NCBI GenBank assembly: GCA_017452445.1
Contig: JAFTMH010000002.1
Coordinates: forward strand, 723 to 64,722
Reading direction: 5' to 3'
Source: Clostridia bacterium
Lineage (GTDB): Bacteria; Bacillota; Clostridia; Christensenellales; UBA1242
Length of the DNA: 64,000 nt
Shown here: positions 1 to 10,500 of the stretch, one piece after another
How the letters are laid out: every line of letters starts with the position of its first letter
Numbering within the stretch: position 1 is the first letter of the stretch
The notes under the pieces: model-generated
Seen by the model: only the letters and a program-made list of their open reading frames with translations
The model's database searches: none
What the model was told of the DNA's origin: nothing
Program-made: the position numbers and the translations under genes

Positions 1-1236
<1,236 letters not shown>

Positions 1237-1407
1237 ATATTGATTTGGATTTTCTTAGCATTTTCGCTGTCCTTATATTAATAAGAACAATTCTCTATAC
1301 TCGACTTAAATTTGAGTATGCAAATATTCGTATTACATTCAAAAACTAATAATTAAATTAAAAAGTTTAAACTCGTAATAATATTTGACTTTAATCTTCA
1401 AAATATG

Positions 1408-1424
1408 TAGTTGTCAAAGAACTT
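1408..1424 (-). promoter_or_regulatory. boxA-like antitermination element in the 23S leader
   Basis: The minus strand reads AGTTCTTTGACAACTA, close to the Firmicute rrn boxA (TGTTCTTTGAAAACTA). It lies ~50 nt downstream of the promoter and ~170 nt upstream of the mature 23S 5' end. Confidence 0.6.
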
Positions 1425-1473
1425 TTGTTGACCAGTTGAATTTCATCAACCTTTCTGCTGTGTCAACATGCAC

Positions 1474-1503
1474 ATTCTAACATAGTGCTAAAACATTTGT
1501 CAA
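1474..1503 (-). promoter_or_regulatory. sigma-70 type promoter of the stand-alone 23S rRNA gene
   Basis: Minus strand: TTGACA (1498-1503), an 18-nt spacer ending in TGt, then TAGAAT (1474-1479), i.e. consensus -35 plus extended -10. It sits ~240 nt upstream of the 23S 5' end. Confidence 0.7.
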
Positions 1504-1504
1504 C

Positions 1505-1720
1505 ACTTTTTTCAAAAAAATTTTAAAAATTTTCAACTTTTTTTTAATTTTTTTTCAAACCCCAGGGCGTCTCTCCGGGTGTTCGCTAAAATACCCCAAA
1601 AAACACTAAAAAAATTTTAAAAAAGTTTTTAAAAAAGTTTATTTTTTTCTAAAAATCTAAAAAATTTTATAAGTTTTTTAAAAAAGTTTTTAGAAATTTT
1701 TAAAAGTTTAAACAAAAAAA
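1505..1720. repeat. A/T-tract array (UP-element-like, probably curved DNA) upstream of the rRNA promoter
   Basis: About 215 bp consisting almost only of alternating A5-8 and T5-9 runs. AAAAAAGTTT(TT) recurs at 1619-1630, 1631-1640 and 1680-1691 (plus a shorter TAAAAGTTTA at 1701-1710). A single GC-rich island at ~1559-1586 (ccccagggcgtctctccgggtgttcgc) interrupts it. Confidence 0.6.
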
Positions 1721-1743
1721 GACAGCCATTTTGACTGTCTTTT
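1714..1743 (-). terminator. intrinsic terminator (bidirectional) downstream of the lipoprotein gene
   Basis: Stem AGACAG (1720-1725) / CTGTCT (1735-1740) with a 9-nt loop. It is flanked by an A7 run on one side and T-runs on the other. Read on the minus strand it is followed by TTTTTTT. Confidence 0.75.
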
Positions 1744-1775
1744 AGATAATCTTTTTGTTTTTTTATCACTTTGCT

Positions 1776-2741
1776 TTAAGAAACCTTTTCAAAGATAGGT
1801 GTGATTTCTGCAGTTTGGCTACCCATAATAAAGGTTGTGCCAGTATATCTTATGCCATTATATTCAAAACCAGCAAGTTGATATCCTTCTGCTGGAGTTG
1901 CTGCAATGACAATTATATCCCCCGCAAACGCCTTTTCTTTGCTTGTGGTCACCGTGCCGTTTTCTGCTCCGTTTACAGAAATGTCATACACTCTTGCAAA
2001 TTCTACATACACTGCAGCATCTTCTGCTGGCATAATAAATGTATTGCCAACGATTTCAGTTTCGTTGATCTTGATACATTTTACATCAAAACCAGTGTTT
2101 GGTGTGCAATGAACTTCAATTTTGCTTCCTGCTGTAGCGCTTTGGAAGTCAACTTCAACAACGCCGTTTACAGAATTTAAAACAGAAATGTTGTAACTGT
2201 TGCTTACAGACTCAAACATAGGGGAAAGAACTGTCAACCCTTCACCTTGAACAAAACTGTTGCAACCAGATCTCCAAACATTTGTCACATCGTCTTCATC
2301 TTCTTCACTTTTTGTAGTTTGGAAGAAACCTGTAAAACGATAACCACTGTTTGCTGTCACTGCAACAGTAACAATTTGTCCTGCAACTGCATGATTTGTG
2401 CTAGGCACAATTGAGCCTTGTGCGTGGTTTACGACTGAAATTGAATATGCCCTTTCAAACACTGCAACAATGTTTGCATCTGCTGCTGGCATAAAGAAAT
2501 TTCTTTCTGGAACTTCCACACCGTTAACTCTGATTGATTTGAGAGCATAGCCCTCGTCTGCTTCACAAACAATATGTATTTCTTCTCCTGCTTTGGCTTT
2601 ATCTTTGCCTACTGCAACTTGTCCATGCACACTTATTGTTGTGATGCGATACTGCGAGTCAGCATCGCTGCAACCTACAAACATAGCCCCAGCAAACAAA
2701 AACACAAAACAAATTGCCAGAGCTTGAAACAATCTTTTCAT
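1776..2741 (-). CDS. surface lipoprotein made of four InlB-B/Listeria-Bacteroides-type repeats
   Basis: SD AAGGAGA lies upstream of the ATG. The N-terminus MKRLFQALAICFVFLFAGAMFVGC is a signal peptide with a lipobox-like FVGC. The mature part is four ~70-75-aa repeats, each carrying G-[YF]-x-[LFV]-x-x-[FI] (GYALKSIRV, GYRFTGFF, GFDVKCIKI, GYQLAGFEY). Confidence 0.8.
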   Translation of the reverse strand: MKRLFQALAICFVFLFAGAMFVGCSDADSQYRITTISVHGQVAVGKDKAKAGEEIHIVCEADEGYALKSIRVNGVEVPERNFFMPAADANIVAVFERAYSISVVNHAQGSIVPSTNHAVAGQIVTVAVTANSGYRFTGFFQTTKSEEDEDDVTNVWRSGCNSFVQGEGLTVLSPMFESVSNSYNISVLNSVNGVVEVDFQSATAGSKIEVHCTPNTGFDVKCIKINETEIVGNTFIMPAEDAAVYVEFARVYDISVNGAENGTVTTSKEKAFAGDIIVIAATPAEGYQLAGFEYNGIRYTGTTFIMGSQTAEITPIFEKVS

Positions 2742-2896
2742 AAAATCTCCTTGTTATAACAACATAATATCATTATTACACACAAATAGTCAAACAATGC
2801 CGTTGTGTTGTTTTTTGTTTTTGCTAAATCTCACGGCAAATTCTCCAACTTTGGTCGCTATATATATGATATATTATATATAATAATATTTATAAT

Positions 2897-2922
2897 ATAA
2901 ATAAAGGACGGAAATTCCGTCC
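2897..2922 (-). terminator. intrinsic terminator after the WG-repeat-like gene
   Basis: Stem GGACGG (2906-2911) / CCGTCC (2917-2922) with loop AAATT, directly after the stop codon at 2928. On the minus strand it is followed by TTTATTTAT. Confidence 0.55.
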
Positions 2923-2927
2923 CCATA

Positions 2928-3641
2928 TTAGTTGTTGATTTGTCTTGTTGTGTCGATAATTTGTGCCGTTTTTGCCAAATTTAGACCCTTGTCGAAGTAT
3001 TGCACCTGATCATCATTGGTTGTTCTATAACCTAATCCACCATCTGCAAACCTAACACCTTCAATTTTGTTGTATTTTGGAGCCAACAAAACCCCTTCGT
3101 GCAACCCTGCAAGACCGTAGTGTCCTTTTTCAAAGAAAACAAATCGCGTTTCGTCCAAAAACTCAATTCTTCCTTCAAAACTTTTTGCAGTAAGAGTGTC
3201 AGCATCAATCAAATCTGTGCGAAATGATCCTTTGCAGGCAATAAACTTGCCAAAAAACAAAATCATATCATAGTTTGCCGGCACAACCACTTTGCCATGA
3301 TAATTGACAAGACCTTCCTTGCCATACTCTTGAAATCTCAAAACCCCTTGTCCAGCCGCCTTTTGTTCGCAAACGCTTTCCCAATCAGCTCTGTTGCAAG
3401 AAATGTCGAGCATTGTTGTCAAATCAACCCTTTCTTCCGGTTTAGCATTTTCATCTGAGAAGAATCTAAAAGATCCGTCTTGATTTTTTGTCATGCAAAA
3501 ACCAGAATTCTTTCCCAATGGATATACCTTTCCAATTTTAAAATCCAACACATCTTCAAGGTCATATCTTTCAAATTTTGGAACATTGTTTGTTTGTGTT
3601 TGTCTTGGTTTCTTTCTAAACATATCAAATAATACGCCCAT
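2928..3641 (-). CDS. hypothetical cytoplasmic protein with WG/KWG-like repeats
   Basis: 237-aa ORF with SD GGAGAAAG and a consensus promoter upstream. The units KEGLVNYHGKVVVPANYDMI and HYGLAGLHEGVLLAPKYNKI resemble WG-containing beta-propeller repeats. No signal peptide. Confidence 0.6.
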   Translation of the reverse strand: MGVLFDMFRKKPRQTQTNNVPKFERYDLEDVLDFKIGKVYPLGKNSGFCMTKNQDGSFRFFSDENAKPEERVDLTTMLDISCNRADWESVCEQKAAGQGVLRFQEYGKEGLVNYHGKVVVPANYDMILFFGKFIACKGSFRTDLIDADTLTAKSFEGRIEFLDETRFVFFEKGHYGLAGLHEGVLLAPKYNKIEGVRFADGGLGYRTTNDDQVQYFDKGLNLAKTAQIIDTTRQINN

Positions 3642-3666
3642 ATCTTTCTCCTTTTAACACACTCAA

Positions 3667-3695
3667 ATTATACCCCTATTGCGATTTTTTGTCAA
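3667..3695 (-). promoter_or_regulatory. consensus sigma-70 promoter for the WG-repeat-like gene
   Basis: Minus strand: TTGACA (3690-3695), a 17-nt spacer, TATAAT (3667-3672), then SD GGAGA and ATG at 3641. Confidence 0.8.
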
Positions 3696-3750
3696 TATGA
3701 CCCGATTTTCAATAGCAAAAACCGGCAATTTTTGCGATTTTTTGTCATTT

Positions 3751-4326
3751 TTACTTTTCTAATGTTTGTTTTCTCAAAAAGCAAAAATGTTGGTTTTGAA
3801 GCATTATTTTACATCGTTGCCCACTTCGCAATTTGTCGCCTTTATAAAAAATCTTGGCAGACTCTTCATCACCCTTTCCGACTCTGACATAGACAATGTC
3901 ATAAAAGTTGTAACCCAAAATGTTGAGAAGGGGATTGATGTAATAAAGTGAACTGTTTATGTAAACAACCCCTATCAACACCAAAACAAGCAAATAAACA
4001 CAATAAGAACTGACATAAGACAGATCCAAAGGGATTGCAAAAAAGACAAACAGCGAAAAATAACCAAGAAAATGTTGGTCGGTTATGTTTTTTACACTTT
4101 TTATCTCGACTTCAATAACTTTGTCGTTTGGCACACGCATATTCCACCACAATCCAAACGATCCAAAAGCAATCAGTATCAACAAAGTGATCATATTGAT
4201 TGAGTTGAGTACATTGAAAGACAGATTGTGATTGCACATTTCGACAACCAATTTGACCAACACCAAAACATACATTGGCACAAAAGCACTTATGTAAAGC
4301 GAAATATTTTTTGCTATTTTAATCAT
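3751..4326 (-). CDS. hypothetical integral membrane protein (about 4 TM helices plus a charged C-terminal tail)
   Basis: ORF with hydrophobic segments ISLYISAFVPMYVLVLVKLVV, MITLLILIAFGSFGLWW, FLGYFSLFVFFAIPL and YCVYLLVLVLIGVVYI. The start is uncertain: ATG at 4326 (MIKIAKN) is preferred over the track start at 4392. No SD and no recognised family. Confidence 0.5.
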   Translation of the reverse strand: MIKIAKNISLYISAFVPMYVLVLVKLVVEMCNHNLSFNVLNSINMITLLILIAFGSFGLWWNMRVPNDKVIEVEIKSVKNITDQHFLGYFSLFVFFAIPLDLSYVSSYCVYLLVLVLIGVVYINSSLYYINPLLNILGYNFYDIVYVRVGKGDEESAKIFYKGDKLRSGQRCKIMLQNQHFCFLRKQTLEK

Positions 4327-4540
4327 AAAAATATTATGTAAAAAATCAATAAAATAATTAAAAATAATTAAAAATGCCGATTTTTTGCACAAAAAATATT
4401 ATTTTTGCAATATTTTTATTTGTTTTTTATATTTATTTTTTTCATCTTTTACATCTCCGTATTTTAGGGACAAAGAAACTTATGAAAACTGTCGTATTAA
4501 ATATTATATATTTATTTATAATAATAATATCTTATTTATT

Positions 4541-4568
4541 TTGAATTATTTTTTCTTTGTGCTAAAAT
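4541..4568 (+). promoter_or_regulatory. candidate promoter of the 2743-aa gene
   Basis: TTGAAT (4541-4546), a 16-nt spacer ending in TGc, TAAAAT (4563-4568). SD GGAGAGG (4580-4586) and ATG 4592 follow. Confidence 0.55.
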
Positions 4569-4591
4569 ATTAACAAGTTGGAGAGGTATTT

Positions 4592-7500
4592 ATGAAAACT
4601 AAAAACTTTTTATTTAGAAAAATATTTTATGTGCTTTTTGCATTCTGCATTTTTGGTGCAGGAATGTTTACCCTTGGCATAACTCAGAAACCAGGATTTT
4701 CAAAAGCCGAAAACACAATCTCAGAAGATGCAAGACAAGAAGACGCCGTGCCTTCTTATTTTTCTGCAAAAGAGTTTTTGGTTGATGGCAGCGACTCGAC
4801 AGAAAACTTTTCAAGTTTGATCAAGTCCAACACATTTATGTATTACAGCGAAGAGTCTGTTTCGACACAACTTCAACTCTCGCTCGCAACAAATGGTTTG
4901 ACAGCAAACACTGCCTCTACAAACGAAATTTACAAATATGTAAATTACGCAGATCCTCAAAACCTCACAAATTTCAACTTCTACAACATCTTTACAATTG
5001 AATTGAGCGTAAATGGACAAACTCAAAACCTCAATCCAGACTCATACACAACAAAGCCTGGTTTGTCATTCAACAATGCCGAATCATCACCTGTTGTAGA
5101 AACTTTTGAAATGAACTTCTCAAACCAAGCAACAGCAGGAAACAACATCTGCATTCTTGATGAAGATGGAAATGTTGTTGAAGGTTTGTATACACTTAAA
5201 ATCAGTTTGTTGCTTTTTACCTGTACTGATGGTGGAACAACTGCTGAAGAAGAACTTATCACAAGTGAAGGTGCAGACATTGTTTTCAACTTCTATGTGA
5301 TTGACAGAGAGTCTTATTTGCTCAACGGAAGACCAAATGTAGATTCTTACAATTTTGACCATTCGGTAAATGTGTCAAACCTTACAAATCCAACAGTTGC
5401 AAACTACTTCTACTCAAACTATTCGTCAAACGGCACAGCAGATCAAATTTCTTATATCGAATATGACTACACTCGTTTTGAAGTTGAAATCTCAAAAGAA
5501 ATTGGCGACAAAAATGGCGGAACAGTCAATGTGGTTTATGACCTTGACACTCAAGCCCCTGTTGTAAAGGGAGATCAACTTGTTTACACAACAGTAAACG
5601 AAGCAAACAAAACTTGCAGAGTGTTCTTCACAAATGTTGGAAACTATGTAGTAACTTACAAAGATATCCTTTTGATTGACTATCAAACAGCAGACGGACA
5701 AATCGCAAGAAAGTTTGCTTTGGTTGGATTGTCAAATGTGACAAAGAAACACCTTGTTTATGTTTATGGTTATCAAGCAAACTACACAGATTTTGACAAA
5801 CCTGCAATCAATGGAATCCGTCAAAACAGCGAGCTTAAATCATTTGACCTTGCGACAACATCTTATACAAATGGTGCAGACATCACAAGCAGATTCTTAA
5901 ATTCAGATGCAAGTTTTTCACAAGCAAATGCAACAACAACTTTCCTTGCATCAAACCTTACAAATTATATCAACACTTCAGGACTTAAACCTGTTGTAAC
6001 AGATCAAAAACCTATCGACTTTGACTCAAATGCAAAACTTGTTAAATCAAGCAGTTACATTTATTCAACAAAACAAATCTCAAACGCTTACAGTGCAACA
6101 TCTTACACAATCAATGGACAAACATTGTATAGAAAAGCATTTTCCGGAATCCCAGAAAGTTCTGAAGGCGTTTACCTTTACATAATCGCATATTCATTTG
6201 ACGACTTCTGGTCAAGCGAAACAATGTCAGGTGCGACAACAACTTTCTATCAAGCATTCTACTTTGAAATCAATGTTTCAATCCCAACAATCAAGATTTT
6301 TACAGCAGATGACAACACAAATGTTTCAACAGGAATGTTTGTAAACAGAGATGTCATTGTTGAAGACACAACACTTGCAAACATCTACAACAAAGATGTA
6401 ACAGTGCAAATCATCGCAAAAGACTATGACACAAACGGCTGGCTTACAGGGTTTGGCGACTCTTACGGCATAGCTTTGAAAGATTTGGTAAACGAAGGCG
6501 AAAATCGCATAACACTTTCTCGCAATGCCCACTACACAATCAAAATGTATTACACAAACGACATTGTTGAAAATGGACTTGCAAACGCACAATCTTTTAG
6601 AACTAGATATTTCACAATCGACAAAACAAGCGTGCAAGGCATCAAAGCAAGCAATGTTTCTGAAATCCCAGGATCAACAGACAGCAAGTTTGTTTCTGAC
6701 CTTAAACACTTCTCAACAAATCAAAACATTGTCCTTTCATGGCAAGAAAAAAACAGTGGCGCAGCAACTTATGCATATTATCGTTACTTCCCACTTGAAG
6801 AAACAACATATTACAGCACAAAAGAAAACCTTCTTTCTGCAACACTTGAAAGAATTTTGAGTTTAAGCAACCAAACAACTTATTTGCCTGTAAACTCTAT
6901 CTTGAACATGAGCACAACAAACAACGACTGGCTTTCATATTACGGAAACACAGCTCTTCTTGCAAACAAAAACAAAATTGCAAGCGACTATGTGCTTCCA
7001 GACTCAGGTTTGTATGTGGTTGATGTTTATGATGAAGCAGGAAACCACTCAATCGAAATCTTTATGATCGATCGCACAACACCTATTTTTGTGTTGTATG
7101 ATGGCAGCAGTTACAAAATCACAAGCACATCAATGTTTGTGTCAGAACAATCTACATTGTATTGGGGAGATTACAAAGGTATCCTCATCCAAAACTTCAA
7201 CACAGTTTCTTACACTGCTGGTTACACACCAGAAAACATCACAGAAAGTGATTTGGCAGGCAAAGATTTCTACATCGACAGAGAAGGAAACATTCGCACA
7301 GACATCTTTGCAGCAATGTACAACACTTTGAAGCGCAACAACTATTTGCAAAACTTGGCATTCAATGTTTCAATCGATTCGACCTATGGCGTTGATGTTG
7401 CAACTTATGCCGGAAACTATATCACAATCCCAATCAACGACATTTCTTACTTTATGGACAAAGCAAATCCAACTTACAAGGATCAAGTTGCTTCAAAACA

Positions 7501-10500
7501 AGAAATCCCTGTAACCCAAGAAATGACTTATCGTGTTTTGATCAGAGATATGTCAAACACAAAACTTGACCTCAACTATTCTGAAACAGCACTTATGCAA
7601 TATACAAACTTCTACAGTGCAAGACAAACATTGATCATCAGTTTTGACTCATCAGAATTCTTTATCGAATATCAAAACAGCAAAAAAGAAACCGAATATC
7701 TTACAACAAACAACACCGAAGAAATTGTAGGAGAAGGTGGACACACAACAAAGATTTCTTATCTCAACCCTACTCGCATGAACAAACCTTTGACATTGTC
7801 TTACAAACCTACAATCACAGATGGACTTCAAATTCAAGTAGAAAGCATCACAATCAACTATACACCTTATGTAAAAGCATACAAACTTGATCCTGAAACC
7901 GGCATAACTTATCACTATTACAAACTTTCAGATCACACAACACCTATCGAAGTTTACACTTACAATGGATCAAACCCTTCAGTTGACTTGAAAACTTACG
8001 ACATCAGCCTCAACTCTGACAATGTGACAACAGAAGGTAAATACGAAATTACAAGAACTTATTACCTTGGCGAAGGTTATACTTACAACGAAAACGATTT
8101 CTACAAACGCACTTATATCCTTTATGTGGATAGAAACGAAGTTATCTCAAACTCAGAAACAGTTTCAAATGCAGAAGGCACTGAAACTCACCTTGAAAGT
8201 TTGATTGGTGGAGATGTGTTTGTGTCAATGTATGACAACAAAACAAACGCTTCTTTGGTAATCACTTATCCAAACAGTCCAGAAGGCAACACAAATGGCT
8301 CTTCACTTTACAACAACGGAACAGTAAGATCAGTTTTGACAACAAATATGCTCCCAGTAAATGTGTATATCCCACAATATAAATACACAATCAGCTCAAA
8401 GAAAACACTTCTTAATGATGCTGGCGCTTACAAATATGAAGTTGAAAACAACGATGTTATGAACTTCTATGTTGAAGATGACGAAACAACTGATGGAGAC
8501 GAAACAAGAATCATCAGAGAATATGGTTTGTATGCCGAAATCTACAGAAATGGAACTGACAGCACAAATCTTATTGCAAAAACAGCAAGAACAAATTACA
8601 ACAATCCTTCTTTGGCAGATGTAGCAGCAGACGAAAACGGATTTTTGATCTTCTACAATGACAAAGGAAATGCATTGCAACAACTTATTGATGAAGGAAC
8701 ATATTATGTAAAACTTTATCAAGGTATGTTTGGCGAAGGTCTCGATGACAACCTCTACAAACAATCAATTACATTCAGTTTTGATATCGAAAGATCTGAC
8801 CCTAACTTTACTGCACAAACAACAACTGGTGGCGCATTGGTTAGCGACCTTGCAACAGTGCCAAATGCAACAGTAAAAGAAACATATTTCACAAATCAAG
8901 CAAATGTAAACATTCTTTGGGATGCCGGCAGTGATTATATGGCAGAAATTGACATTGAAAAAATCGTTTTCAAAACAAGCAAAGGACGCACATTCTCAAC
9001 TGCTGATGACATCTTTACAACAGCACCATTCTTGTCACAAAAGACATATTTGGCAACAATCAGCCTTGAAAAGTTGGATGTTTACCAACACAATGCTTAT
9101 GTTGACATCACAATGCAATACAAAAACCATGACAGCAGATTCTACAACACTGTAACAAAAAGAATTGCAGTTGACTTGTCTGCTCCAAGCACAAATGTGC
9201 AAGCTTTGGTTGAAAAATCACTTGCAAATCGTGCTTTGTACCCAACATTTACAAATGCAGCATTGCGTACTTATCGCACAGCCAAAGGCGATCCTGCAAC
9301 AACTTTGGACAACACAAGCTACAACATCAGCACAAGCACAGGAGATTTTGCATACTATTCTTACACAGTGACAAGTGCATATTTGCAAACATTGCAAACA
9401 ATCGTTGCAAACGAAGGATACATCACATATATCCGTTCGTTTACAGACCAAAATGGCGAAAACACAAAATATGTGACAGGTTCGCAAGAAACCTCTTACA
9501 CAGAATCATTGACAGGATTTAAGAATGTGACAGAAATCACACAACTTGATCCACACACATACTATGAAGTAGTTGAAACAGACAAGGCTGGAAACATGTC
9601 AATCTACACAATCTTTGTGATGGATTACACTGCACAACCTACTGTAAACAATGTTTGGGAATTGCCTGAAAACAACATCATCACTTATTCTGATGCACAT
9701 GGAAACTCTCACTTCTACACAATCGCAGATTATTTGGCAGTAAACGCTTATCCAAATGCAATCAACAACATTTTCTCAAAATCAGGATTTGCTCTCACAG
9801 AACTCAACTTGTTTAATGATGCTTGGGCACAATTCCAACTCAACACAATCAATCCAACTTCTGGCATCACAGTTTCTTACAACTTGATGTTGTCGCCTTG
9901 GAAGGCAAACAAAGCAATTGCTTATGGCGTCGCTGGAAACACAGAGTTTGATATTGACAAGTTGATCAACGGATCAGTTGCTTCTACAAGAAAACACAAC
10001 ATTGTTTTCCTCAACAGAGAAAATGCAACACCAACAACATTCTACATCAACATCAGAAACACAACATTGAATGCAACACTCACAACAGATCAAAACAGAG
10101 AATATATTCAATTTGCAATGCCTGCAGATGTAGAAATTCAATCACCTGATTATGCAACAACATTTGTTTCATCTCTCTCAATTTCTGCAGATGGTCAACT
10201 TATCTATCAACAAGAAAACAAACTTGGTTATGCAAGTTTGTGGAGATCAACAGACAATGTTGTGGTCACATCAAACCCAAGTGCAAAAACAATTATGTTT
10301 GAAATCAGCCAAGAACTTGGCTTTGCTCCAAACACAAGAATTGTCTATGAATATACAGACAACTATGGCACAACTTACAAAGAAATCCACCTTTACAGAG
10401 AAACAATCATCAGACAAGAAGTTTCTTCAAAAGAAGATTTGTATTCTTACTATGACAATGCAGGCATCTTGCATTACATCACAAAAGATGGATTTGTTTA

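Noticed and set aside
1401-1430. A second TTGACA near the 23S promoter, considered as a tandem P2 promoter
   Set aside because: No acceptable -10 lies at 16-18 nt. The sequence AGTTCTTTGACAACTA matches the rrn boxA antiterminator much better.
2861-2905. A 45-nt tract made only of A/T (tatatatatgatatattatatataataatatttataatataaataa), considered as a dif site or DNA-unwinding element
   Set aside because: It matches the Firmicute dif right arm poorly (about 6 of 11). No DnaA boxes or recombinase genes are nearby. It probably serves as the U-rich tail and spacer of the terminator at 2906-2922.
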